DNA of 64,000 bases, taken from assembly GCA_964368135.1 (NCBI GenBank), contig CAYIZI010000001.1:42926-106925 (forward strand), read 5' to 3'. The DNA is from an uncultured Candidatus Saccharibacteria bacterium. Its GTDB lineage: Bacteria > Patescibacteriota > Minisyncoccia > 2-02-FULL-40-12. Position numbers and translations under genes: made by a program. Below are positions 51,147 through 59,463 of the stretch, piece by piece (the first letter of the stretch is position 1; each line of letters begins with the position of its first letter). The notes under the pieces are model-generated. The model was not told where the DNA came from. It ran no database searches and worked only from the letters and a program-made list of their open reading frames with translations.

Positions 51147-51614
51147 TTAGAGGTTTGGCCTGAATTCAAGACGATGAAACTTATGGCCATTATACTGGCC
51201 TGGCTCATCCAGCAGTTGAAAGCCATTTTTTATGTAAAAATCTTTCACGCCGTACTCGTAAAAAGAAGTTGTCCGTAAAATTTTAAAGCCATTTTCCCGA
51301 GCAAATTGTTTGGCAAACTCAATTAGCCTTGAACCGACTCCCTTGGCCTGCCCCCCACTTGCGGGCAAGCGGGGGGCCTGAATATCTTTGGCCACAGCCA
51401 ATGTTTCAATATAAAGCATCTTGTTTCTTTCTCTTAAACTCATTACTCCGGTTGTTTTACCATTCTCTTCGCTTAAATAATACTCCCCTTTCTCAATTTG
51501 CTTCCTAATAAATTTTTCGGTCGTCCACACAAAATCAGGTATCTCTAAATAAAGAACTTGGGCTATTTCAACGACTCTTTCTACATCTTCAGAAACTGCT
51601 TTTCTTATACTCAT
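51147..51614 (-). CDS. GNAT-family N-acetyltransferase
   Basis: 155 aa. IETLAVAKD...QAKGVGSRLIE (Q/RxxGxG acetyl-CoA motif). C-terminal NGF..L fold pattern. Confidence 0.75.
   Translation of the reverse strand: MSIRKAVSEDVERVVEIAQVLYLEIPDFVWTTEKFIRKQIEKGEYYLSEENGKTTGVMSLRERNKMLYIETLAVAKDIQAPRLPASGGQAKGVGSRLIEFAKQFARENGFKILRTTSFYEYGVKDFYIKNGFQLLDEPGQYNGHKFHRLEFRPNL
51345..51380. repeat. 24-nt GC palindrome flanked by the 6-bp direct repeat ggcctg, in frame inside the GNAT gene
   Basis: ggcctg | ccccccacttgcgggcaagcgggg | ggcctg. The gene strand encodes Q A P R L P A S G G Q A. Confidence 0.85.
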
Positions 51615-52159
51615 TTCTTTAATCTATCCTTGAACTTTTTTCTGAATTTTTCCAGCTTCGGATTAATCACTGCCTGGCAATAAGGCGCCTCTGGATTATG
51701 GGAATAATAATCCTGATGATATTGTTCGGCCGGGTAAAATTTATCAAGCGGCACAATTTCGGTAACGATTGGTTTTTCAAATTCACCCGAATCACCCAAC
51801 CGCTTCTTTGACTCCTCGGCCAACCTCTTTTGTTCATCATCATAGTAAAAAATCATTGACCGATACTGATGACCCACATCCGGCCCCTGGCGGTTTACTT
51901 GGGTCGGATCATGAGTCGCCCAGAAAACTTCCAGTAAATCTGCATAAGAAATCTTTTCCGGGTCATAAGTTATCTGAATGGCTTCGGCATGGCCGGTTCG
52001 GCCGCCGGAAACTTTTTCGTAAGTTGGTTTTTCTTTACCGCCGCCAGCATAACCGTTCTCAACTAAAACTACGCCTTCAAGTTCCTCAAATATTGCCTCT
52101 CCGCACCAAAAACAGCCGGAGGCAAAAGTCGCTTTTTCAAAATTTTTATTTTCACTCAT
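51611..52159 (-). CDS. msrA: Peptide-methionine (S)-S-oxide reductase
   Basis: ATFASGCFWCGEAIF active-site motif, GHAEAIQITYDP, YHQDYY. Confidence 0.9.
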   Translation of the reverse strand: MSENKNFEKATFASGCFWCGEAIFEELEGVVLVENGYAGGGKEKPTYEKVSGGRTGHAEAIQITYDPEKISYADLLEVFWATHDPTQVNRQGPDVGHQYRSMIFYYDDEQKRLAEESKKRLGDSGEFEKPIVTEIVPLDKFYPAEQYHQDYYSHNPEAPYCQAVINPKLEKFRKKFKDRLKK

Positions 52160-52587
52160 TGTAAAAATTCTATCATGCCACCAATTCTAATTCCGTTCTT
52201 TTCGGTAAAACCGGCGTTGACTTCCAGAATATATAGGGCCGGCGCTCGCGGTTCAAATACTTCCGGAAACGAATCTGACTGAACATCAGAAGCAATGTCT
52301 ACCACCCGGTAATTTCCGTCCAGCCAAATCACATCAATCGGAAACTTCATATCTTTCATCCAGATGCCGTAGATGCCAGGTTTATCGTGGATAAAAAGAA
52401 GACCGGTGCTCTTATCTAAACTCTCACGGCCGGAAAGGCCTTTAGCTCTTTCGTCAGGCGTATCAGCTATTTCAATAGTGATATCAATATCCCTGACCCC
52501 TGCCATTTCACCTTTATTCTCGTTTCGGCTGAAAACATAAAATCCAAGCCCAATGATAATTACTATTATTAATAATAAAATCTTCAT
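52156..52587 (-). CDS. DUF192-domain protein
   Basis: The internal ATG at 52587 gives a signal anchor. ERAKGLSGR...GLLFI...GIWMKDMKFPIDVIWLD is the DUF192 pattern. TATAAT (52602-52597) lies 9 nt upstream. Confidence 0.65.
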   Translation of the reverse strand: MKILLLIIVIIIGLGFYVFSRNENKGEMAGVRDIDITIEIADTPDERAKGLSGRESLDKSTGLLFIHDKPGIYGIWMKDMKFPIDVIWLDGNYRVVDIASDVQSDSFPEVFEPRAPALYILEVNAGFTEKNGIRIGGMIEFLQ

Positions 52588-52633
52588 ATATCTTAGATTA
52601 TACCTATGAAATGGGATACTGAAAATTAGAATC

Positions 52634-52660
52634 ATAAAACCGCCTCTTGGGTGGTTTTAT
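52634..52660 (-). terminator. Terminator hairpin after the major pilin gene
   Basis: ataaaaccgcc-tcttg-ggtggttttat (one mismatch), preceded by a second palindrome cactcat-at-atgagtg at 52674-52689. Confidence 0.45.
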
Positions 52661-52702
52661 GATTTAGTTTACCCACTCATATATGAGTGAGGGGTTGCTC
52701 TC

Positions 52703-53179
52703 TTAACGAGTGACTTCGATTATTTGTCCAAGCTCAGCTGAAGGCGCACTAATTGTAACCCTTCCAGCTGAATCAACTTCTAAATCATAGCCAGTATCGT
52801 CTCCTACTGCTGATGTTGGATCTGTAGGAAATGACGGAACGTATGTTGGTGTAAGGCAAGAAAGATCAATATCTCCTGCCACGGCACCAGAAGTAACAAT
52901 ATCGACTGCCGAACCGGCAGCTGGAAGCGATGGACATGTATATGTAGTGCCGCCGATTGTGAATGAACCGCTGAAAATTCCTTTATTATCAGCAATCCTT
53001 TGGCCAACTGAGTTCAAAATAGTGTTAGCATTACTGGTTCTCTGGGTATTTCTGCCTTGGGCAAACTGTCTGGCTGGGTTTATGGCGATCAAGACAATAG
53101 TTGCTAAAATAGCAATAATCCCGATAACTACCAGAATTTCAATAAGGGTAAAGCCCCTATTTTTTCTTTGATTTTTCAT
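52703..53179 (-). CDS. pilA: Type IV pilin (prepilin with class III signal peptide), probable major subunit
   Basis: MKNQRKNRG/FTLIEILVVIGIIAILATIVLIAINP: canonical G/F cleavage site and Glu+5. Own promoter-like signal and AGGAG SD. Last gene of the operon. Confidence 0.8.
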   Translation of the reverse strand: MKNQRKNRGFTLIEILVVIGIIAILATIVLIAINPARQFAQGRNTQRTSNANTILNSVGQRIADNKGIFSGSFTIGGTTYTCPSLPAAGSAVDIVTSGAVAGDIDLSCLTPTYVPSFPTDPTSAVGDDTGYDLEVDSAGRVTISAPSAELGQIIEVTR

Positions 53180-53239
53180 AATCTCCTGATTTTTTAAACT
53201 ATATCAATTTATCGACCTGATTTTTAAAGATAAAGAGAG

Positions 53240-53266
53240 GTTATAATGGGATATGGGTCTTGTCAA
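53240..53266 (-). promoter_or_regulatory. Candidate promoter for the major pilin gene
   Basis: The minus strand reads TTGACA (53266-53261), 15 nt, TATAAC (53245-53240). AGGAGA SD before the ATG. The spacer is shorter than optimal. Confidence 0.35.
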
Positions 53267-53269
53267 TAT

Positions 53270-53731
53270 TTATGGAAAATTTCCTATCTCTTCCCAAGAT
53301 TCAACTTCTATTTTGCCAAATGGTTTTGAAACAATTATTTCAAGATTAGTATAGGAACTTTTATTGCCGTCTTGAGGGTATTTGCCTTGAACTTGGATTG
53401 TCTTAGTCCCAGAGCCGGATATTGAATAAATAATACATGAATCATCACCAACCGGAATAGTTTCGCCAGGCGGCGAAAGCGAGTAATCATTAAATTCGTC
53501 ATCATTTAGCGCCTGTAATTTTAAAATCGCGGTGTCGGCGCAGGCCTCGGCCAAGCCAATGCTTTTTTCCTTAAACTCTGAATCAAGAACATTTATCCTG
53601 GCGAAAAAACTGCGAAAGCCCAAAGCAAAAGTAATAGTCATCAAAATAATGGCAATAATGACCGTAGAAATCAAAGCAATATAGCCGTTTTTATTTCCGG
53701 ATAAATTTGGTGGTCTCATAATAAAAATCAT
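53270..53731 (-). CDS. Minor pilin-like protein lacking Glu+5 (PilX/GspK-like position)
   Basis: SGNKNG/YIALISTVIIAIILMTITFAL hydrophobic N-terminus without Glu at +5. Overlaps the upstream gene by 41 nt. Confidence 0.45.
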   Translation of the reverse strand: MIFIMRPPNLSGNKNGYIALISTVIIAIILMTITFALGFRSFFARINVLDSEFKEKSIGLAEACADTAILKLQALNDDEFNDYSLSPPGETIPVGDDSCIIYSISGSGTKTIQVQGKYPQDGNKSSYTNLEIIVSKPFGKIEVESWEEIGNFP

Positions 53732-54209
53732 TTAAGTAAAAGTTGGTCTTGACTGCTGGGGGCTGGCCAGTGGCTGAAGGAGGAATATACTCAAAGCTCA
53801 AAGTGGCGGCTTTTACGCTATCGCTGTCTAAGGCCAAAAAAACTCCTATCCCTGGATCAATCTCAATATTTTCGTTAACCAATCTAAATTTGACTCGTTG
53901 GGATAAACCATATTTATCAACTGACAGTTCATCCCCTTCTGGCGGGATAATTATTGGAGTTGGGTTTGATAAATCTATTCCAGTCAACGCCCAATTTATT
54001 TTCCGCAAAACAAAGTTGGCCTCGTCGCTGATTAAAACCTTAATGTTGGAACGGTCGGTTGCTTCAATAACTGAATAAACCGAAACAATCACTCCGGCCA
54101 TTAATAGAGAAAAAAGAGCTATATATATTAGCACTTCAATAATGGTAAATCCATTTTCGTGACTAAATTTAGACATCAGAAAATCAATTGCAAACTGGTG
54201 ATGGTTCAA
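53691..54209 (-). CDS. Pseudopilin/minor pilin with prepilin N-terminus
   Basis: SHENG/FTIIEVLIYIALFSLLMAGV. Confidence 0.65.
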   Translation of the reverse strand: MNHHQFAIDFLMSKFSHENGFTIIEVLIYIALFSLLMAGVIVSVYSVIEATDRSNIKVLISDEANFVLRKINWALTGIDLSNPTPIIIPPEGDELSVDKYGLSQRVKFRLVNENIEIDPGIGVFLALDSDSVKAATLSFEYIPPSATGQPPAVKTNFYLNDFYYETTKFIRK

Positions 54210-55785
54210 TAATCCGCAGTTTGCTTTGTTGGTTAGTTACTGTGTAGATAACGTCGTTCTCATAAGCAAAGTTTTGCGGGTCTACTGAAAAGTTATAGGG
54301 ACAGGTATCCCATCTCTCAATATTGGCCGGATCACTTACATCTAAAACAAGAAAGGGGTCGTTGGGATCTCTTGTTGTAACAAAAGCTAACTGTCCTGAA
54401 ACTTTAATGCCGGTAATGCCCGCACCCTGGTTATAATTAAAAAAATCATTAAAGTTTACTGACCCAGGAGCAGAAGATAAGTCGTTAGTATCAACAACGT
54501 AAAAATCTCGGTCATTCCCTGGATTTGAACGTCCTATTCCAAGATAAATTTTATTTCCAATAACATATAAATCTCTCCCGTCTTTTGAACTTGCCGAACC
54601 GTCGGCTCTTTCCGCATCAAAGGTACCGGCAATAGTTATATTTAAAGGATTGGCTATATTAAGAACGATAATTTCCTCGTTATTAGAAGAAGTGGCAAGA
54701 TAGGCCCTATCCTCTCTTACTTCAATATCATTGATATTATGATCTACTTGGGTAGAGCCTGTATTCCCAAGGTGAACGGGGTTTGTTGGATCAGTTACAT
54801 CAAAAATGTGAAACTCCGAACCGCCAACTCTATGGGTACCTATATAAATGCGGTTATTGTAATAAGCAATGCTTCGTCCGCCGGGACAAGTAAAATTACA
54901 AGTTCCACTTACTCCGGGTAAAGACACAGAAGCAATTTGAATAGGCGCCGCGGGGTCAGTCACATCAATTACCTGGAGTTGGCCGCTGGCTTTTTCATTG
55001 CCGCTGCCACTGCCGTCATCCGGATCGTAAAAATCTCCGTGGATACTGGCCGCAAAAATATAACGTTTATTTAACGATTGAAAATCAACGGCCACTAAAT
55101 CAACAATCCCGTTTAGTTTTTTACCTGGTCCCCAATCCACCCCGATACTCCCTAAAAAAACTGGGTTTGAAGTATTAGCCGCATCATAAATAAATAGGTC
55201 ATCTAAATTTTCATTAGAATCATAGACCCCTAAGTAAACAATCTTATTCAGGACGGCAATACTTTCACCGTTAACAGTATTTATAATAATATTGTCGTGA
55301 TTGGTTACGGGATTCCTCCAATTATCATTTGACGGAGATATTATGGAACAATTACTGCCAGCATCAATAAAAGCTTTTAGACTGCCGATAATACTAGAAA
55401 TACTTATTGATTGAGGCCTGTTTTCCACATCCCAATCAATAGTACTTTTAATTTCTTTGACACAGGGAGAGATATCTAATACTTCTAAAGTTTTAGTGTA
55501 AATGTCAGTCGTAGTCGGAGTTGTAGAAATAATGGAGTTAAATTCTCCGACTGTACCACGAGATTGAGCTCGAGTATTCTCAAGTTCCTCTTGAGCAAAA
55601 TACAAAGCTTCCTGATTTGTCTCGGTGTCTATTTCGGTTGACTGACCGCCAAACAAAACCATTATCACCGCGGAAATCGTCAAAACGAAAATAAACATCG
55701 CAATCATAATTTCCATTGTGGTCAGACCGCTTTCTAACCCGCTCTGGCGCTTAAGTTTCTTAGTAATTGATCCGGCCTTGTTCAT
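54184..55785 (-). CDS. Pseudopilin N-terminus fused to an LVIVD-repeat beta-propeller
   Basis: LESG/LTTMEIMIAMFIFVLTISAV. Then repeated strands LFIYDAANTSNPV, LQVIDVTDPAAPI, FHIFDVTDPTNPV, IIVLNIANPLN, FYVVDTNDLSS, FLVLDVSDPANI. Confidence 0.65.
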   Translation of the reverse strand: MNKAGSITKKLKRQSGLESGLTTMEIMIAMFIFVLTISAVIMVLFGGQSTEIDTETNQEALYFAQEELENTRAQSRGTVGEFNSIISTTPTTTDIYTKTLEVLDISPCVKEIKSTIDWDVENRPQSISISSIIGSLKAFIDAGSNCSIISPSNDNWRNPVTNHDNIIINTVNGESIAVLNKIVYLGVYDSNENLDDLFIYDAANTSNPVFLGSIGVDWGPGKKLNGIVDLVAVDFQSLNKRYIFAASIHGDFYDPDDGSGSGNEKASGQLQVIDVTDPAAPIQIASVSLPGVSGTCNFTCPGGRSIAYYNNRIYIGTHRVGGSEFHIFDVTDPTNPVHLGNTGSTQVDHNINDIEVREDRAYLATSSNNEEIIVLNIANPLNITIAGTFDAERADGSASSKDGRDLYVIGNKIYLGIGRSNPGNDRDFYVVDTNDLSSAPGSVNFNDFFNYNQGAGITGIKVSGQLAFVTTRDPNDPFLVLDVSDPANIERWDTCPYNFSVDPQNFAYENDVIYTVTNQQSKLRIIEPSPVCN

Positions 55786-56275
55786 TGATGGTTATGGTTA
55801 AGGGAGGTTTACCCACGCTAATCAGAGTAATCTCAAGCGGCGCCGCCGCTACATTCCCAGTCAGCTGCTCAAAATTTATAATCCCGGACCAGGCTATCCC
55901 TAATCTTTCTATCGGGATACTTTCATTGCTTGGATCATTTGGAACGTAAACTGAACCTTCAAAAATTACAAGCTCTTTTTTAGCGTCATCATAATAAACG
56001 CTGTAAGACGACTGATTAATATTGCTGACGGCCTGATTCCTGGCTTTCTGCAAAATACTTATCACTATATCTTTGTCGTAATTAAAAGAATAGGTTCGGT
56101 AAAAATCCATACTCAAAAAAAGGCCGATGCCCATTAGCAGAACCAAAATACCGATGGCAACCAGAATTTCAATAATAGAGAATCCGTTACTACGCCGGCC
56201 GGCTAAATTAAGGCGAGAGGTTCCTGGTAATTTCATAAATCGGGGTAATGATTGAAACAGCAATAAAGCCGACAA
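55760..56275 (-). CDS. Pseudopilin (GspH/FimT-like) with prepilin N-terminus
   Basis: RRSNG/FSIIEILVAIGILVLLMGIGL. The true start may be the internal ATG at 56236. Confidence 0.65.
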   Translation of the reverse strand: MSALLLFQSLPRFMKLPGTSRLNLAGRRSNGFSIIEILVAIGILVLLMGIGLFLSMDFYRTYSFNYDKDIVISILQKARNQAVSNINQSSYSVYYDDAKKELVIFEGSVYVPNDPSNESIPIERLGIAWSGIINFEQLTGNVAAAPLEITLISVGKPPLTITINEQGRINY

Positions 56276-57278
56276 TCAAACCCATAAACACCATCAAAGC
56301 CGGCTCAAGGATCGTAGATAAATTCTTAGTCAGTTCGTCCATCTCGGCCTCATACATTTCGGCCAGATAAAGTAAAGTTTCATCCAAGCGGCCGGTTGAT
56401 TCGCCGATTTCAATCAAATGAGTCAAAATATGCGGGAAAAGGTCTGGCCTTCTTTCCATCTGACTGACTATTTTTTCGCCCTTAACCACGCACTTTGAAA
56501 TCTTCACAAGTTCGTTTCGGTAGACCAGATTAGTGGTCGTCTGCGAGGCAATTAAAAAAGCATTAATCACTCTGATGTCGCTTTTGATCAAAATTCCAAG
56601 GGTCCGGCAAATATTGGCCAAGTGATAATTCTTGAATATCGGACCAATCAAAGGCATTTTAAAGCTGGCCAGGTGCAGAAGATAGCGAAACTTATCCGAA
56701 GTCCTAAAAAAAACAATTAAACCAACCGCCAAAACAATAATCCCGGCAACTAAAAACAACCCATAGGCCTTCAAAAAATCAACGCTGGCAATCAGGGCCC
56801 GGGTAGTAAGGGGCAGGTTCACATTCAAACTGGCGAAAATCGGCAAAATCTTCGGGAAAATATAAAGAGTTAAAAGGCCGGCCAAACCTAAAGTAGCAAT
56901 AATTATAAAAATCGGATAAACCAGCGCGCCCATCACTTTACGCTGCAGGGCCTGCTTTTTCTTCATCTCATCGGCCAAATAGTTCAGGTTCTCGTCCAGA
57001 GTACCGCTCTCTTCGCCGACCCGAATCAAATTAATGGCCAGCTGGTCAAAGTTATGCCGAAACTTAGCCAAACTGCTTGAAAGATACTGACCGTTGGAAA
57101 CGTCTTTAATCACCTGGTCAAGAACCAATGACTTGGCGCCCGATGGACTTTGTTTTCTTAAAATATTTAAACTCTGGAGCAAGGGCACGCCGGCCTTAAC
57201 CAAAAAAGACAGCCGCTTGGCAAAAAGGGTTTTCTCTTTTACGGAAATTCTGGTAAATAACTCTCTTAATCTACTCAT
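56208..57278 (-). CDS. pilC: Type IV pilus platform protein PilC (T2SS F family)
   Basis: Two T2SSF repeats (FAKRLSFLVKAGVPLLQSL...; LANICRTLGILIKSDIRV...), three TM segments. Ends ITPIYEITRNL. Confidence 0.85.
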   Translation of the reverse strand: MSRLRELFTRISVKEKTLFAKRLSFLVKAGVPLLQSLNILRKQSPSGAKSLVLDQVIKDVSNGQYLSSSLAKFRHNFDQLAINLIRVGEESGTLDENLNYLADEMKKKQALQRKVMGALVYPIFIIIATLGLAGLLTLYIFPKILPIFASLNVNLPLTTRALIASVDFLKAYGLFLVAGIIVLAVGLIVFFRTSDKFRYLLHLASFKMPLIGPIFKNYHLANICRTLGILIKSDIRVINAFLIASQTTTNLVYRNELVKISKCVVKGEKIVSQMERRPDLFPHILTHLIEIGESTGRLDETLLYLAEMYEAEMDELTKNLSTILEPALMVFMGLIVGFIAVSIITPIYEITRNLSP

Positions 57279-58503
57279 TGATCACTCTCAAAACTTCCTC
57301 CAGAGTGGTAATGCCTTCTTTGGCTTTCCTGATGCCGTCCTCAACTATAGTGGTCATCCCATTGCCGGAAGCGATTAACTTAATCTCATTGGCCGAAGCC
57401 CTCCTTAAAAAAGCTTCTCTGACCATATTGTCTACAACCATCACTTCAAATATGCCGACTCGGCCCTGAAAACCGGTCTCGCCGCATTTCTCACAGCCCC
57501 TGCCGTAATAAAACTGCCAGTTGGAATCTGAACCCAAAACCGAATTCTGGAAAAAATTTTCCAAGCTCTTCTTTTCGGCGTCGGTCAGCTTTCTTAAAGT
57601 TTTGCATTTGGGGCAAATTTTCCTGACCAATCTCTGGGCAATGGCCAAGTTGACCGTTGAAGCAACCAGGTACGGCTCAACTTTCATATCTAATAATCTG
57701 GGCAAAGTGGTGGCCGCGTCATTGGTATGCAAAGTGGACAAAAGCAGGTGGCCGGTTAAAGCGGTGTTGACAGCTAAGGCCGCGGTCTCAACATCTCTGA
57801 TTTCGCCAACCATTATTATATCGGGGTCCTGCCGTAAAATTGACCTTAGTCCGTTGGCAAAGTTTAAGCCGACCCGGGAATTAACCTGAATCTGTTCAAT
57901 TCCTTCAACCGCGTATTCAATCGGGTCCTCCACCGTGACAATTGAAACATCTTTGTTGTTTAAAAATTTTAAAACGGTGTAAAGAGTGGTGGTTTTGCCA
58001 GATCCGGTCGGTCCGGTGGCTAAAATCATGCCGTGACTTTTTTTGGCGGCCCTCAAAACCTTTTCCTTGTCTGACGGACTAAAGCCAAGTTTATCCAAAG
58101 TGTATTCTTCTTCCTTATCTGATAAAAGACGCAAAACCGCGTTCTCGCCGTAATAGGTTGGAGCTACGGAAACGCGAATATCAATCGGCGCCTGCCCGTC
58201 AAAAGCAATACTGAACCGGCCGTCTTGAGCAGTCTGGTGTTCGTCAGTCCTTAAGTTTGATAAAATTTTAATTCTGGAAACCACCTCTGATTTGATTTCT
58301 CTTGGAAAAGTAAAAAAATCCTGCAAAACGCCGTCAATTCTAAACCTGATTCTGACTCCCTTTGTGCCCGGGTCAATATGAATATCCGAAGCCCGCGAGT
58401 TGTGGGCGTATTCTATTAAGTTGTCCACCAGGCTGATTAAGGAAATCTGTTCAGAGTTTTGCTCAATTTCCCGCTCAATTTTATTTCTTAGTTCTGTTGA
58501 CAT
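57271..58503 (-). CDS. pilB: Type IV pilus assembly ATPase PilB (GspE family)
   Basis: Walker A GPTGSGKTTTLY, Asp box, Walker B DPDIIMVGEIRD, His box GHLLLSTLHTNDA, tetracysteine CPKC...CEKC. Confidence 0.85.
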   Translation of the reverse strand: MSTELRNKIEREIEQNSEQISLISLVDNLIEYAHNSRASDIHIDPGTKGVRIRFRIDGVLQDFFTFPREIKSEVVSRIKILSNLRTDEHQTAQDGRFSIAFDGQAPIDIRVSVAPTYYGENAVLRLLSDKEEEYTLDKLGFSPSDKEKVLRAAKKSHGMILATGPTGSGKTTTLYTVLKFLNNKDVSIVTVEDPIEYAVEGIEQIQVNSRVGLNFANGLRSILRQDPDIIMVGEIRDVETAALAVNTALTGHLLLSTLHTNDAATTLPRLLDMKVEPYLVASTVNLAIAQRLVRKICPKCKTLRKLTDAEKKSLENFFQNSVLGSDSNWQFYYGRGCEKCGETGFQGRVGIFEVMVVDNMVREAFLRRASANEIKLIASGNGMTTIVEDGIRKAKEGITTLEEVLRVINE

Positions 58504-58583
58504 TAGAGAAAAATTAATCTTAATCGTATAATCTTATATCTTTCCTTTGAATATAGTCAACAAAAAAAGCCCAAAGAGCCATG

Positions 58584-58614
58584 GAACATAATAAATTCAG
58601 AAAAGGTGCGGGGT
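58584..58614. repeat. 31-bp direct repeat, copy 1
   Basis: gaacataataaattcagaaaaggtgcggggt, identical to 59430-59460. Covers the last 5 codons and stop of the membrane-protein gene plus 13 nt downstream. Confidence 0.95.
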
Positions 58615-59181
58615 GTATAGGCCAATAAACGCAGCCAGGGTGTTAAAAACGATATTGCCTAAAGTCATCGGAATCATCAGCCGCCAGTAAGGATAGTGAA
58701 TAAAACCAAGGGGCATGACCACCAAATCATCAGGCAGAGGGATAAAAGCGCCGTAGCTGAAAATGGCCAGACTGGCCAGCCACTTGGGATGAGACAAAGA
58801 CCATTCATAAGCCCGGTCAATGGTTTTTTGAATTCTTGAAGGGATAATTTCCCGGCCATGATATGCAATAACATAAGAAGTTGAATCACCCAAGAAAAGG
58901 CCGATGCCGGCCACAAAACCCAAAAGAAATGGGTTTAACCCGCCGGCGGCAAAAGTCATCACAAAGAGATAATAAGGAATCGGAACAAAGGTTGAGATGC
59001 CGCCCAAGAAAGCCAAAACAAAGGTAATCAAATAGCCGTTTCGGACGCCCAGAATCTCAATAATGTCAGCCGGCGGAATCCGGTAAATAAAAACTGTCCA
59101 GGCGACAAAAAGAGCAATCAGGATTAAAAAAGGAAATTGGGCTTTACTAACTATCCCCCGCACCTTTTCTGAATAGGTCAA
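58597..59181 (-). CDS. YqaA/DedA-like (VTT-domain-like) membrane protein
   Basis: 194 aa, TTG start. FLGGISTFVPIPYYLFVMTFAAGGLNPFLLGFVAGIGLFLGDSTSY. Both gene ends lie inside the repeat copies. Confidence 0.5.
   Translation of the reverse strand: MTYSEKVRGIVSKAQFPFLILIALFVAWTVFIYRIPPADIIEILGVRNGYLITFVLAFLGGISTFVPIPYYLFVMTFAAGGLNPFLLGFVAGIGLFLGDSTSYVIAYHGREIIPSRIQKTIDRAYEWSLSHPKWLASLAIFSYGAFIPLPDDLVVMPLGFIHYPYWRLMIPMTLGNIVFNTLAAFIGLYTPHLF
59156..59174. repeat. Inverted 19-bp copy of the repeat core
   Basis: ccccgcaccttttctgaat is the reverse complement of attcagaaaaggtgcgggg (58595-58613 and 59441-59459). Encodes residues 3-8 of the membrane protein. Confidence 0.95.
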
Positions 59182-59435
59182 GACGACAAACTGCCGAGTA
59201 TTCTTCTCTTAAGCTGAGAATATACTTTACCGAACTGTTTCAGTTTTTTCTCACGGTTTCTGACGTCTTGACCGTTTAGATAACCTTCACAATAAACTAA
59301 CTTCCAAGGAATGAAAGCTTTAGTCGACCGATTATATCCTAAATTATGTTCTCTTATCCTTTTTAAAATATTAGTTGTTATGCCAATATATAATTTCTTG
59401 TTTTTATCGCTTTTCAATAAATAGACATAGAACAT
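59178..59435 (-). CDS. Small stand-alone GIY-YIG nuclease-family protein (85 aa)
   Basis: MFYVYLLKSDKNKKLYIGITTNILKRIREHN...PWKLVYCEGY...RNREKKLK. Only the last 85 codons of track ORF 59178-59765 are credible. Confidence 0.75.
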   Translation of the reverse strand: MFYVYLLKSDKNKKLYIGITTNILKRIREHNLGYNRSTKAFIPWKLVYCEGYLNGQDVRNREKKLKQFGKVYSQLKRRILGSLSS

Positions 59436-59460
59436 AATAAATTCAGAAAAGGTGCGGGGT
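59430..59460. repeat. 31-bp direct repeat, copy 2
   Basis: Identical to 58584-58614. Contains the GIY-YIG start codon and begins 3 nt after the stop of the 345-aa gene. Confidence 0.95.
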
Positions 59461-59463
59461 TCA

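Noticed and set aside
52804-54078. Track ORFs inside or antisense to the pilin genes (52804-53007, 52947-53171, 53743-54078)
   Set aside because: They lie entirely within better-supported pilin genes that carry canonical class III signal peptides, and they have no motifs of their own.
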